Origin: Candidatus Fervidifonticultor sextus
GTDB taxonomy: Bacteria > Sysuimicrobiota > Sysuimicrobiia > Sysuimicrobiales > Humicultoraceae
Assembly: GCA_031459875.1 (NCBI GenBank)
Contig: JAVKHQ010000001.1
Location: 96,001-160,000, forward strand
Direction: 5' to 3'
Length of the DNA stretch: 64,000 nucleotides
Shown: one piece after another, positions 30,419 to 41,847 of the stretch
Numbering within the stretch: position 1 is the stretch's first letter
Layout: each line of letters begins with the position of its first letter
The notes under the pieces: generated by a model
Databases searched by the model: none
What the model saw: the letters and a program-made list of their open reading frames with translations, nothing else
Told to the model about the DNA's origin: nothing
Program-made: the position numbers and the translations under genes

Positions 30419-31402
30419 CTACCGGCCCCGGAGTTCTTTCACCTTGGCGATCAGCGCGGGGACGACCTCTCGGTAGTCGCCCACGATGCCCAGGTGCGCC
30501 ACCGAGAAGATAGGCGCGTCGGGGTCGCGGTTGATGGCGACGATGGTGCGGGCGCCAGCCACGCCGGCGACGTGCTGGGTGGCTCCCGAGATGCCCACCG
30601 CAATGTACAGCGCCGGTCGGATCGTCTTCCCGGTCTGGCCGATCTGCCAGGAGACAGGGACCCACCCGGCGTCCGCTGGAGGGCGGGACGAGCCCACGGC
30701 GCCGCCCAGCACCTCCGCCAGCTGTTGGAGGACCTTGAAGCCTTCCGGACCGCCCAGGCCCCGTCCGCCGCCGACGACGATCTGCGCATCCTCCAGCCCC
30801 ACTTCCGCCTGTTCGCGCCGGACCTCCCGCACCCTGGCCCCGAGCGTGGCGCCGTCGATCGCAACCGGCACCTCCTCCACCGTCGCCGTCGAGGGCCTCG
30901 GCTCCGGCACGTCCAGCGCCCGGGGCTTGACCGTCAGCACCGCGGGCCGCTTCGCCACCGCCAGGGTCGCCATCGCCCGACCGCCGTAGACCTGGCGCCG
31001 GACCAGGAGCGCGCCGCCCTCGACGGCCACATCCACCGCCTCGGTGACCAGCGCGGCGCCCATCCGCGCGGCGAGCCGCGGGCCGAGTTCCCGGCCCACC
31101 GTGTCGGCGCTGACGAGCACGATGCCTGGCTGGGCGCGGCGCACGATCTGCTCGGTGGCGATCAGCGCGGCGTCGGTCTGCCCGGACGTCAGCAGGGGAT
31201 GATCACAGCGGTAGATCGCCGCCACCCCGTGCTGCTGCAGCGTGCCGGCCGCCTCGGCCAGGTGCGGCCCGGACCCGAGCAGCGCCGCGGCGATCCCTCC
31301 TTCCCCCGACCCCTCCAGCGCCCGCGCCGCCGTCACCAGCTCGAGGCTGCCGCGGGAGAGGGCCCCGTCCAGCGCACTGGCCACCACGCAGATGCCGGCC
31401 AT
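30419..31402 (-). CDS. etfA: Electron transfer flavoprotein alpha subunit
   Basis: GGGRG, QIGQTGK, GISGATQH, AINRD. Confidence 0.95.
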   Translation of the reverse strand: MAGICVVASALDGALSRGSLELVTAARALEGSGEGGIAAALLGSGPHLAEAAGTLQQHGVAAIYRCDHPLLTSGQTDAALIATEQIVRRAQPGIVLVSADTVGRELGPRLAARMGAALVTEAVDVAVEGGALLVRRQVYGGRAMATLAVAKRPAVLTVKPRALDVPEPRPSTATVEEVPVAIDGATLGARVREVRREQAEVGLEDAQIVVGGGRGLGGPEGFKVLQQLAEVLGGAVGSSRPPADAGWVPVSWQIGQTGKTIRPALYIAVGISGATQHVAGVAGARTIVAINRDPDAPIFSVAHLGIVGDYREVVPALIAKVKELRGR

Positions 31403-31415
31403 CCCACCGTCTCCC

Positions 31416-32210
31416 CTACACCAGTTTCAGATCGTGCAACCGGCGCGCCAGCGAGGCGGCCTGTTCGACCGGGTCGCCGTCGAGGAACTCGCACGTCGCG
31501 GTCCGCTGGGGGACCACCACCTCACGGACCTCGACGCCGGATCCGTCGGCGCCGCCGGAAGGCAGCACCAGGTCCCCCGCGGCCCAGGTCTGGACCGGCT
31601 TGCGCTTGGCCGCCACGATGTCCTTGACCTTGGGCAGCCTCGGACGGTTGGCCTCGTCGCTGGCGATGGACACCACCGCCGGCATCCGCACGTCCACCTC
31701 GTGGAACCCGTCGTCGGCCATCCGCCGGACGAACAGGCCGCCGTCGGCGGGCTGAACGCGGGAGGCAAACGTCACGCAGGAGGCCCCCAGCGTCTCGGCC
31801 AGCAGCGGCGGCACCACGCGCTCCACCCAGTCGGCCGACTCGCACCCGCACAGGATCAGGTCGTAGGCGCCGATACGCCGGACCGCTGCGGCCAGCAGAC
31901 GGGCCTTCTCGACGCCCAGCAGGTCGGGCGCCTGCGGGTGATCCACCACCACCGCCTGGTCGGCCCCCATGGCCAGCGCCAGGCGGATGGCATCCCCCAG
32001 GGCCGCCGCCGGCCCCACCGCCAGCGCGGTGACCTGTGCGCCGCCGCGGTCCTTGAGCTGGAGGGCCACCTCCAGCGCGTTCTCGTCGTACGTGGAGATC
32101 ACCAGCGGTCGGCCCTCGCGGACCTGACGCTTCGTGGCGGGGTCGATGACGAAATCCCGCACCGGGAGTTCGGGGTCCACCACCTGTTTGAGACAGACGA
32201 TGATGTCCAC
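31416..32210 (-). CDS. etfB: Electron transfer flavoprotein beta subunit
   Basis: IIVCLKQVVD, DENALEVAL, ALAMGAD. Confidence 0.94.
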   Translation of the reverse strand: MDIIVCLKQVVDPELPVRDFVIDPATKRQVREGRPLVISTYDENALEVALQLKDRGGAQVTALAVGPAAALGDAIRLALAMGADQAVVVDHPQAPDLLGVEKARLLAAAVRRIGAYDLILCGCESADWVERVVPPLLAETLGASCVTFASRVQPADGGLFVRRMADDGFHEVDVRMPAVVSIASDEANRPRLPKVKDIVAAKRKPVQTWAAGDLVLPSGGADGSGVEVREVVVPQRTATCEFLDGDPVEQAASLARRLHDLKLV

Positions 32211-32221
32211 GGGCCCTCCCC

Positions 32222-33367
<1,146 letters not shown>

Positions 33368-33449
33368 GGCCGCCTCGCCACTCTTTCTTTTCTACTTCTT
33401 CGCGCTGGAAGGAACCCCCTCTCCCGCCGGTGTAGTGGAGCATGGGTGC

Positions 33450-34301
33450 ATGCTGGAGACCCTTATCGTGGTCCTGGTCGTCCTGGCTGCACTGGCCGCC
33501 GCCGGGGCGCTCGGGGTCTACCGACGACTCACCGGCCTTTGCCACCGTCTGGCGGAGCACATCCGGACGGCCGCGCCGGAGATGCGCGTCGACCTCACCG
33601 AGGCCGGCCTGGCGGTGCAGGTGCTCGGGACCCGCATCGAGGTGGACCTGCCCGTGCTGGCCCGCCGCCGACCGCGCGGGGTCGATGAGCGCGCGTGGTT
33701 CGATGCCATCGTCGCCGGCCTGAGATCCCGAGTCCCCATTCCGGATCCTCCGCCCTATCCCCTCGTGGCGGACCGGATTGTCCCGCACCTGAAACCGGCC
33801 GACTACGTCGAGGTCTTCGATCGCTACCCTCCCGGGCTGCGCCTGGCCTGGCGAGAGTTCGCGCCCGGCGTGGCCGTCATCTACGTCATCGCCGGGCTCC
33901 ACCGGTGGACGCTGGTGACCGCCGCGATGGCCCGTGCCTGGGGCCTCTCGCCCCAGGCGCTGCACGAGGTCGCCCTGGCAAACCTCCGGGCGCAGACGGT
34001 GAGGATGCTCGCCGAGGTGGGCGGCCCGCAGCGCCGCTACGAGCACCTGGACGGGTTCGATGCGGCGCGAATCCTAGCCGCCGACCTGGTCGTACCGCCC
34101 GACGTGGCCGACCCGCTCGTGGCGATCCCCGAAGAGACGGTCCTCTGGATCGGGCCGGCTTCGGAGCGCAGCGCGCTGGCCGACCAGGCCCGGGCGCGGT
34201 TTCAGACGTCGAGCCGCCCCCTGACGCCGCACCTCTACCGCCTGACGCCGGCCGGCGCGGTGGAAGCCGACTCCGCCGGAGCCGGTCCCGGAGTCCGTTA
34301 G
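33450..34301 (+). CDS. Membrane-anchored DUF1444/YtpQ-like protein
   Basis: N-terminal TM helix; ALANL, DGFDAARIL, VAIP patterns. Confidence 0.6.
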   Translation: MLETLIVVLVVLAALAAAGALGVYRRLTGLCHRLAEHIRTAAPEMRVDLTEAGLAVQVLGTRIEVDLPVLARRRPRGVDERAWFDAIVAGLRSRVPIPDPPPYPLVADRIVPHLKPADYVEVFDRYPPGLRLAWREFAPGVAVIYVIAGLHRWTLVTAAMARAWGLSPQALHEVALANLRAQTVRMLAEVGGPQRRYEHLDGFDAARILAADLVVPPDVADPLVAIPEETVLWIGPASERSALADQARARFQTSSRPLTPHLYRLTPAGAVEADSAGAGPGVR

Positions 34302-34318
34302 GGCGCCGGCCCCAGGGG

Positions 34319-36070
34319 TCAGCGCGAGCCCGTCCGGTAGTACCGCCACTCCAGCCGGCCGGTGGCGCCCTGCAGGCCCAGCCGCGTGTTGCCCAGCGTG
34401 TTGCGGACCACCGGCTGGGTCTTGGGGGTGGTGAAGAACATCACCGGCACCTGCTCGGCGACGATCTCCTGCCACCGCCAGTACAGGGCGCGGCGTCTGT
34501 CGGGGTCCACCTCCCGCGCCACCTGCTCGAAGATCCGGTCGATCTCGGCCTCCCACGCGGTGGCCGGCCTCGCCTGCCGCGGGTTCCAGTCGTGCAGGCT
34601 GCCCGAACTCATCCAGTACGTCCGCGCGGTCCCCGGCTCGATGTCTCCGGTCAGCCCGATGATGATCGCGTCCCACGTAAAGGTGTTGTCCAGTTTGGTG
34701 ACCAACGTGCTGAAGGGCTCGGGGGTGAACAGGACCCTGATGCCGAGCCGGGTGAAGTCCTGCCGGACGATGTTGCCGATGGCCACCCCGTCGGGACTCT
34801 GGGCGCTCGTGGAGAGGACAAACTCCACCGCCGTGCCCGCAGCGTCGCGCAGGACCCCGTCGGCGCCCTTGCGGTAGCCGGCCTCCTCCAGCAGCCGCTG
34901 GGCGCGGGCGAGGTCGTACGGATACCGGGGGAGGTTCGGGTGGTAGTAGCGCCGGTTGGCGATGCTCACCGGGCTCCAGGCGGGCGTGGCGCGGCCGGCG
35001 TAGACCTGGCGCACGATCGTGTCCCGGTCGATGGCATGGTTCAGGGCCCGGCGGAACCGGACATCCTGGAACCAGGTGAGTTTGGGCGGCCGGATCCCCC
35101 GGGGATTCTGGTTGAACACGAGGTACTCTAAAGAGAAGGTCTCCGGCCCGTCGTAGATGGTGTAGTTGCCGGCCCGCTCGCCCTGCTTGAACTCCGCGTA
35201 CTCGCGCGGGCGCGCGTTGTACAGATCGATCTCCCCCGAGAGGAACTTCAACTTCTCGGCGTCCACGTTGGGCACGATCTGCAGGACCACCCGGTCCAGG
35301 TAGGGCAGGCGCCCCCCGGCCCGATCCACGCGCCAGTAGTGGGGGTTGCGCCCGTAGGTCACGCGCTGTCCGAAGACGTACGACTGCATGACGAAGGGCC
35401 CCGTGCCCACGATCTCGTGGGGGGGCGTGTTCACGGCCCAGGCCGCGTTGAACTTTCCGGCACCGCCGGCCAGCGCGGCCTGGAGTTTGTGCCTGGGGAT
35501 GATGACGAGATCCTGCAGGAGGCGCAGAAAGAAGCCGAGGGGTTCGTCGCTGACGAACGCGATGCGCCGGTCGTCCACCCGGCGCCACCGCACCGGCTTG
35601 CCGCCGAACGTCAGCAGGTCCACCGTCGTGCTCTGCACCCCCCTGGTGAAGACGGCCTGGAGGCTGAACAGCACGTCGTCGATGGTCAGGGGCCGGCCGT
35701 CCGACCAGCGGATGCCCTGGCGCAGGGTGAAGGTCCAGGTGCGGTGGTCGCCAGATAGCGTCCAGGACTCGGCCAGCGCGGGCTCGATCTCGCCGGTGAG
35801 GTAGTTGCTCTCCACCAGCCCCTCGAAGATCGGTCCGAGGACCCTGCCGGTCGAGGCGTCGGTCACGATCACGGGGTTGAAGGTCCGCGGCTCGCTCACC
35901 TGGGCGTCGACCAGCGTTCCGCCGTACCGGCCAATCTCCGGCGCGTCGACGGCCACTTTGGGATGGGGGATGCCGGGGAGGGTGATCCTGCGGTCTGGCC
36001 CGGTCGCTGAGACCCCGGCGGCCAGCAGCATCGGCATCACAACCACAAGACACACCGGGAAGGTTCGCAT
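34319..36070 (-). CDS. ABC transporter substrate-binding protein, family 5
   Basis: Signal peptide, LAESW, WSDGRPLT..DV.FS, VGTGPF, FRRALNHAIDR. Confidence 0.92.
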   Translation of the reverse strand: MRTFPVCLVVVMPMLLAAGVSATGPDRRITLPGIPHPKVAVDAPEIGRYGGTLVDAQVSEPRTFNPVIVTDASTGRVLGPIFEGLVESNYLTGEIEPALAESWTLSGDHRTWTFTLRQGIRWSDGRPLTIDDVLFSLQAVFTRGVQSTTVDLLTFGGKPVRWRRVDDRRIAFVSDEPLGFFLRLLQDLVIIPRHKLQAALAGGAGKFNAAWAVNTPPHEIVGTGPFVMQSYVFGQRVTYGRNPHYWRVDRAGGRLPYLDRVVLQIVPNVDAEKLKFLSGEIDLYNARPREYAEFKQGERAGNYTIYDGPETFSLEYLVFNQNPRGIRPPKLTWFQDVRFRRALNHAIDRDTIVRQVYAGRATPAWSPVSIANRRYYHPNLPRYPYDLARAQRLLEEAGYRKGADGVLRDAAGTAVEFVLSTSAQSPDGVAIGNIVRQDFTRLGIRVLFTPEPFSTLVTKLDNTFTWDAIIIGLTGDIEPGTARTYWMSSGSLHDWNPRQARPATAWEAEIDRIFEQVAREVDPDRRRALYWRWQEIVAEQVPVMFFTTPKTQPVVRNTLGNTRLGLQGATGRLEWRYYRTGSR

Positions 36071-36128
36071 CGGGACTTCCAGAGGATTCCGCCTGGCGCA
36101 AAGAGTCGGCAGGGGGTGCAGGACCGCG

Positions 36129-36977
36129 CTACCCGTACTCGTAGAACCCCCGGCCCGTCTTCCTCCCCCACCATCCGGCCACGACCATCTGCTTGAGCAG
36201 CGGCGGCGGCGCGTAGCGCGCGTCCTTGAACTCCTGGAACATGGCCTCGGCAATATAGTAGGTGGTGTCCAGGCCCACGAAGTCCAGCAGCGTCAGCGGC
36301 CCCATGGGATGGCCCAGGCCGAGCGTGATCGCCGCGTCGATGTCCTCCTTCGAGGCCACGCCCAGTTCGAGCGCCCGAATCGCATCCAGCAGGTAGGGGA
36401 CCAGCAGGCGGTTGACGATGAACCCGGGGGTGTCTTTCGCCACCACGACCGTCTTGCCCAGGGACTGGGCGAACTCACGCATGCGGCCGACCACCTCATC
36501 GGACGTGGTCAACCCGCGTACCACCTCCACCAGCGGCATCACCGGGACCGGATTGAAGAAGTGCAGCCCGACCACCCGATCGGCCCGGCGGGTGGCGGCA
36601 GCCATCTCGGTGATGGACAGCGACGATGTGTTGCTGGCGAAGATCACCTCTCGCCCCAGGCGCCGGTCCAGGTCCGCCAACAGCGCCTTCTTGTCGTCCA
36701 TCTTCTCGACGATGGCCTCGATGATCAGGTCCGCGCCGGCCAGGTCGTCCAGGGAGGTCGTCCCGCGGATGCGCGTTCGGGCGGCGTCGCGGGCCGCCGC
36801 ATCCAGCTTGCCGCGCTCCACGGCGCGGCGCATCGAGGCCTCGATGCGCTCCAGGCCCTTCTGCAGCAGATCTCCGGTGAGTTCCCGCACCACGACCTCG
36901 TATCCGGCGCGGGCCACGGACTCCGCGATGCCGGACCCCATCAACCCGCACCCCACCACACCCACCCGACGGATCAT
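36129..36977 (-). CDS. 3-hydroxybutyryl-CoA dehydrogenase
   Basis: GCGLMGSGIA, ASNTSS, HFFNP, PGFIVNR, HPMGP. Confidence 0.95.
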   Translation of the reverse strand: MIRRVGVVGCGLMGSGIAESVARAGYEVVVRELTGDLLQKGLERIEASMRRAVERGKLDAAARDAARTRIRGTTSLDDLAGADLIIEAIVEKMDDKKALLADLDRRLGREVIFASNTSSLSITEMAAATRRADRVVGLHFFNPVPVMPLVEVVRGLTTSDEVVGRMREFAQSLGKTVVVAKDTPGFIVNRLLVPYLLDAIRALELGVASKEDIDAAITLGLGHPMGPLTLLDFVGLDTTYYIAEAMFQEFKDARYAPPPLLKQMVVAGWWGRKTGRGFYEYG

Positions 36978-38311
36978 TGGCTCCTCCTCCCGTGCGCCCG
37001 GTCTTGCTCCCGGATCACCGCCCGGACCAGGGGCGGGGGCGCCGGCGGCGACTCGGCGATGCCAAACGCCGCCGCCACCTCGCGGGCGGCTACGCCGCCG
37101 GTCTCCTCGTCCCGCGCGTGGACCGTGGCCAGGGACTCCCCACGGCCCACAGAGTCACCCACGGTGCGCTCGATGATGATCCCCACGGCGGGATCGATGG
37201 CGTCGCCTTTCTTCGCCCGGCCCGCGCCCAGGCGCATGGCCGCCAGGCCCACCCCCGTTGCGTCGATCCCCGCCACGACGCCCGCGGCCGGGGACGGCAC
37301 CGGCACCCGGACCGGCGCCTGGGGCAGGCGGTCAGGATGGTCGACGACCGACGGATCGCCGCCCTGCGCGCGGACCATGGCGGTAAACTTCGACAACGCC
37401 TCCCCGCCGCGCAGCCGGCGCGCCAGGTCCGCCTGGCCCTCCTCCGGGGTCCTGGCCTTCCCGCCGAGGACCAGCATCCACCCCCCCAGCGTCAGGCAGA
37501 GGGCCTCCAGGTCCGGCGGGCCGTCTGCGCGAAGCGTCGCGATCGCTTCGGCCACCTCCAGCGCGTTGCCCACCGCACGGCCCAACGGGTGATCCATGCC
37601 GCTGATGACCGCCACCGTCCGTCGCCCGGCGGTCCGGCCGATCTCGACCATCGTCAGAGCCAGCGACCGCGCGTCGTCTTCGGTCTTCATGAAGGCGCCG
37701 CGCCCGCACTTGACGTCCAGCAGGATAGACCCGGCTCCGGCCGCCAGCTTCTTGGACATGATGCTGGCCGCGATGAGCGGAACGCTGTCCACCGTGCCGG
37801 TGACGTCCCGCAGCGCATAGAGTTTTCCGTCCGCCGGCACCAGCGTGGGGCTCTGCCCGGCGATCGCGCAGCCGATCTGCTCCACCTGCCTGAGAAACTC
37901 GGCCTCCGACAGATCGGTCCGACACCCGGGGATCGACTCCAGCTTGTCCAGGGTCCCACCGGTGTGCCCGAGGCCCCGGCCCGAGAGTTTGGGCACCACC
38001 ACCCCGGCCGCAGCCACCAGGGGGACCAGCACCAGCGAGGTCTTGTCGCCGACCCCGCCGCTGCTGTGCTTGTCTACGGCGCAGTCCCGCAGAGCCCCCA
38101 GGTCGACGGTCGTCCCGGACCGCACCATGGCCATGGTCAGCGCCGCGGTCTCCTCCAGCGTCATCCCGCGGATGCAGACCGCCATCAGGAAGGCGGCCAT
38201 CTGGTAGTCGGGGACGTCCCCCTCCATGAACCCGGCGATCAGCCCCTCGATCTCCTCGGGGGCGAGGGTCCCGCCGTGGCGCTTCCGCGTGATGAGATCG
38301 GAGACCCGCAT
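36974..38311 (-). CDS. pdp: Pyrimidine-nucleoside/thymidine phosphorylase
   Basis: DKHSSGGVGD, SGRGLGHTGGT, SIMSKK. Confidence 0.95.
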   Translation of the reverse strand: MRVSDLITRKRHGGTLAPEEIEGLIAGFMEGDVPDYQMAAFLMAVCIRGMTLEETAALTMAMVRSGTTVDLGALRDCAVDKHSSGGVGDKTSLVLVPLVAAAGVVVPKLSGRGLGHTGGTLDKLESIPGCRTDLSEAEFLRQVEQIGCAIAGQSPTLVPADGKLYALRDVTGTVDSVPLIAASIMSKKLAAGAGSILLDVKCGRGAFMKTEDDARSLALTMVEIGRTAGRRTVAVISGMDHPLGRAVGNALEVAEAIATLRADGPPDLEALCLTLGGWMLVLGGKARTPEEGQADLARRLRGGEALSKFTAMVRAQGGDPSVVDHPDRLPQAPVRVPVPSPAAGVVAGIDATGVGLAAMRLGAGRAKKGDAIDPAVGIIIERTVGDSVGRGESLATVHARDEETGGVAAREVAAAFGIAESPPAPPPLVRAVIREQDRAHGRRSQ

Positions 38312-39135
38312 CACCGGGGGAGCATCGCCACGATGCGTCGGACCAGGCGGACGAAGTCCGGTTCGATGCGCTTGGCGACAGCCAGCACGTCCTCGTGGGT
38401 CACCTTGACAGCGGCCTCGCCGGTCGCCAGGTCAGTGATGGCCGACAGCCCGAGCACGCGCATCCCGGCGTGCCGGGCCGCAATCACCTCGCCCACGGTG
38501 GACATCCCCACCGCATCTGCGCCCCATCGGGCCATCATGCGCAGTTCCGCAGGTGTCTCGTAGGAGGGGCCGGTCACCCCGATGTAGACCCCGGTCTGCA
38601 GGGGGATGCCCAGGTCCCGCGCGGCCCGCACGGCGACGGCGGCCAGTTCGGGGTCGTAGGGCTCGGACATGTCCGGAAAGCGCGGGCCGAGTGCGTCCTC
38701 GTTGGGCCCCACCAGAGGGTTCGCGCCTGTGAAGTTGATATGATCGGCGATCAGCATGAGGTCGCCGGGCCGGAAGAACCGGTTGAGCCCTCCGGCGGCG
38801 TTGGTCACAATCAGGGTGCGGGCGCCCAGCGCGTGCAGCGTCCGGACCGGGAATACGACCTCGGCCATGGTGTAGCCTTCGTAGAGGTGGGCGCGCCCCT
38901 GCAGGACGGCTGCGGGGCGGTCCTCCAGCGTCCCGATCACCAGACGCCCGCTGTGCCCCGGGACGCCCGGCCGCGGGAAGTGGGGGATCTCCGCGAACGG
39001 CACGACCGCGTCTGCGGCCACATGGTCTGCCAGCGCGCCGAGCCCGGACCCCAGGATGATCCCGACGTCAGGGATGCGGGTCGCCCGCTGCCGGATCGCG
39101 GCTGCAGCCTCCCGTGCGCGAGCTGCCCAGGTCAT
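38311..39135 (-). CDS. punA: Purine-nucleoside phosphorylase (trimeric type)
   Basis: ILGSGLG, GRAHLYEG, GPSYETPAE, VGMST. Confidence 0.93.
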   Translation of the reverse strand: MTWAARAREAAAAIRQRATRIPDVGIILGSGLGALADHVAADAVVPFAEIPHFPRPGVPGHSGRLVIGTLEDRPAAVLQGRAHLYEGYTMAEVVFPVRTLHALGARTLIVTNAAGGLNRFFRPGDLMLIADHINFTGANPLVGPNEDALGPRFPDMSEPYDPELAAVAVRAARDLGIPLQTGVYIGVTGPSYETPAELRMMARWGADAVGMSTVGEVIAARHAGMRVLGLSAITDLATGEAAVKVTHEDVLAVAKRIEPDFVRLVRRIVAMLPR

Positions 39136-39201
39136 GGGTCCCTCCTGCCATCTATGGTGTTCGATGCGCGGCGGCCCGGGCCTACCGGACGACGGCCGCG
39201 C

Positions 39202-40365
39202 CTACTGCAGCGCCTCCCAGAAACTCTGGCCTGGCCCCGTCCAGCGCAGACCGAAGGCGTCGGCCACAGTGGCGCCGACGTCGGCGAAAGAGTCCCGCAC
39301 GCCGAGCCGACGCCCCGGGGCGAGGTGGGGCCGCCAGGCCAGCACCGGGACCTGCTCCCGGGAGTGGTCGGTGCTCGGGGTGGTCGGGTCATTGCCGTGG
39401 TCGGCGGTCACGATGGCCAGGTCGCCGGACGTGCAGACGTCCAGGAGCTCCGGGAGGCGCGCGTCGATGCGCTCCAGGTGCCGGGCGAATCCCTCGGGGT
39501 CGTTGCGGTGACCGTAGACCGTGTCCAGGTCCACTAAGGTGGTGAACACCAGGCCCCGCTCCAGCGTCCGCAACGCGGCGGCCGCCTGCTCAATCCCGTC
39601 CATGTCACCATGGGCCCGCACCGCACGCGTCAGGCCGCGCCCGGCGAAGAGGTCCTCGACCTTCCCGATGCCCACCACGGGGATGCCGTCGGCTACCAGC
39701 GCGTCCAGCACCGTGGGGCCGGTGGGCGGAAGGGAGAAGTCGCGCCGCCGATCGGTGCGCACGAACGCGCCGGGCGATCCGGCAAACGGCCGGGCGATGA
39801 CGCGGCTGACCCCCCACTCGCCCCGCAGGATCTCCCGCGCGGTCCGGCACCACGCGTAGAGTTGCTCGACCGGGACAACCTCCTCGTGGGCCGCGATCTG
39901 GAACACGCTGTCCGCCGAGGTGTAGACGATCGGGGAGCCGGTCCGCAGGTGCTCTTCGCCGAGGCGCTGGATGATCTCGGTGCCCGAGGCCGCCACGTTG
40001 CCCAGGACCGGTCGGCCGATGGCGGCCTCGAAGGCCCCGATGATCTCCTGGGGAAAGCCGTGGGGAAACGTCGGAAAGGGATGGGGGACGATGAGCCCCG
40101 CCAGTTCCCAGTGGCCGGTGGTGGAGTCCTTGCCGGCCGAGCGCTCCCGCAGCACGCCCACCGCCGCCTGGTGGTCGCTGGTCGGCCGCACGCCAAGGAT
40201 CGGCGCGAGGACGCCCAGCCCCAGGCGCTCCAGGGTCGGCAGCCGCAGCCCGCCCGCGGCGCGCGCGGTGTTGGCCAGCGTGTGGCTGCCCTCATCGCCG
40301 TAGTCCGCCGCGTCGGGAAGCGCGCCGATCCCGCACCCGTCGAGGACCAGGAGGAGCACGCGCAC
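39202..40365 (-). CDS. deoB: Phosphopentomutase
   Basis: [33 protein letters not shown]. Confidence 0.96.
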   Translation of the reverse strand: MRVLLLVLDGCGIGALPDAADYGDEGSHTLANTARAAGGLRLPTLERLGLGVLAPILGVRPTSDHQAAVGVLRERSAGKDSTTGHWELAGLIVPHPFPTFPHGFPQEIIGAFEAAIGRPVLGNVAASGTEIIQRLGEEHLRTGSPIVYTSADSVFQIAAHEEVVPVEQLYAWCRTAREILRGEWGVSRVIARPFAGSPGAFVRTDRRRDFSLPPTGPTVLDALVADGIPVVGIGKVEDLFAGRGLTRAVRAHGDMDGIEQAAAALRTLERGLVFTTLVDLDTVYGHRNDPEGFARHLERIDARLPELLDVCTSGDLAIVTADHGNDPTTPSTDHSREQVPVLAWRPHLAPGRRLGVRDSFADVGATVADAFGLRWTGPGQSFWEALQ

Positions 40366-40368
40366 GGG

Positions 40369-41307
40369 CTATGGCCTCTCCCCTCGAAGCGCCATCCGGT
40401 CGCGGGGGTGCGCCCGACGGTAGACCTCGCGCAGGCGCGCGCGGCTCAGGTGGGTGTAGACCTGCGTGGTGGCGATGCTCGCGTGGCCCAGCATCTCCTG
40501 GACGGCGCGCAGGTCGGCCCCCCCGTCGAGCAGGTGGGTCGCGAAGGAGTGGCGCAGGGTGTGAGGCCCGATCGGTCGGCGGATGCCCGCCTGCGCCGCC
40601 GCGGTCTTCAGCAGGCGCCAGACGCTCTGCCGGCTGAGCCGGCCGCCCCGGCGGTTGAGGAACAGCGCCGCGCTGGGGCGCCGTCCGGCCAGGGCCGGAC
40701 GGGCGTGGACAAGGTAGCGCTGCAGCGCGCGCACGGCGGCGCTCCCGATCGGGACGATCCGTTCCTTGGAGCCCTTGCCCACACAGCGCACGTACTCGAC
40801 CCCGAGGTGGACGTCGCCCACATCGAGCCCCACGAGTTCGCCGACGCGCAGCCCGGCCGCGTAGAGGAGTTCCAGGATGGCGCGGTCCCGCACCGCCTGG
40901 GGGCCGTCGCCCCGGGGCTGCGCCAGGAGCTGCTCGACCTCCTGCACCGTCAGGACATCGGGCAGACGCCGGGGCCGGCGCGCCGGCGCCACGTCGGCCG
41001 CCGGGTCGTCGGCGATCAGGGCTTCCCGCAGCAGGAACCTCGTCCAGCCCCGGATGGCGGCCAGCCGGCGCGCGGTTGAACTGGGCGCGAGCCCTCTGCG
41101 GCGCAGGTGGAGCAGATAGAGGGTGATGGTGGCCCGGTGGATCCCCTCGGGCCCGGCAAGCCCGCGGCGTGCCGCAAAGGTGATGAAGTCGCTCAGGTCG
41201 CGCGCGTAGGCGTCCACGGTGTGGCGGGCCAGCCCGCGCTCGCTCACGGCGTACGCGAGATACGCCTCGAGCGCCGCCGCCAGGGCCGGTGGATGTTCCG
41301 CAGGCAT
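40369..41307 (-). CDS. xerD: Tyrosine recombinase XerD
   Basis: GLRVGEL, GKGSKER, HTLRHSFATH, LGH...TQVY; nudF-xerD-deoB context. Confidence 0.92.
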   Translation of the reverse strand: MPAEHPPALAAALEAYLAYAVSERGLARHTVDAYARDLSDFITFAARRGLAGPEGIHRATITLYLLHLRRRGLAPSSTARRLAAIRGWTRFLLREALIADDPAADVAPARRPRRLPDVLTVQEVEQLLAQPRGDGPQAVRDRAILELLYAAGLRVGELVGLDVGDVHLGVEYVRCVGKGSKERIVPIGSAAVRALQRYLVHARPALAGRRPSAALFLNRRGGRLSRQSVWRLLKTAAAQAGIRRPIGPHTLRHSFATHLLDGGADLRAVQEMLGHASIATTQVYTHLSRARLREVYRRAHPRDRMALRGERP

Positions 41308-41308
41308 C

Positions 41309-41845
41309 TCACCGACGGGTGAGCAGGAGCAGCCCGATTAGCGTCTTCGCGTCCCTCACCTCGCCGGCGTCGATCAACGCCGGGATCTGCCCGAGCGGCA
41401 CGCGGACGGTGTGCAGCCCTTCCTCCTCTTCGGGCAGGGCCTGCGCCGCCGGCCTCAACCCGCGCGCCAGGAAAACGGTGATCTGCTCGGTGAGCACCCC
41501 GGGCGAGGGGACAAACGTCACCATGGGCGTCATGGCGTCGGCCTGCAGGCCGGTCTCCTCGGCCAGTTCCCGCCGCGCGCAGTCCAGCGGCGTCTCGCCG
41601 GGCTCCAGCGTCCCGGCCGGGATCTCCAGCAGGGTCGTCTCCACCGCCTTCCGGTACTGTCGGACAAAGACGACCTCGTCCTGGTCGGTCACGGCGACAA
41701 TCGCCGCGGCGCCGGGGTGCTCGACGATCTCGCGCACCCCGATCCGTCCGCCGGGTCCCCGGACCTCGTCGACCCGCAGGGTCACCACCCGGCCGCGGTA
41801 GATCAGCCGCGACCCGACGGTCGGCTCCGCGCCTAGCGGTTCCAT
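41309..41845 (-). CDS. nudF: NUDIX hydrolase (ADP-ribose pyrophosphatase)
   Basis: EHPGA, QYR, PAG...ARRELAEETG, DAKT. Confidence 0.9.
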   Translation of the reverse strand: MEPLGAEPTVGSRLIYRGRVVTLRVDEVRGPGGRIGVREIVEHPGAAAIVAVTDQDEVVFVRQYRKAVETTLLEIPAGTLEPGETPLDCARRELAEETGLQADAMTPMVTFVPSPGVLTEQITVFLARGLRPAAQALPEEEEGLHTVRVPLGQIPALIDAGEVRDAKTLIGLLLLTRR

Positions 41846-41847
41846 GC

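Noticed and set aside
40369..41307. Tyrosine recombinase as a prophage or island integrase
   Set aside because: XerD-like sequence in the conserved nudF-xerD-deoB context; no att sites or phage genes
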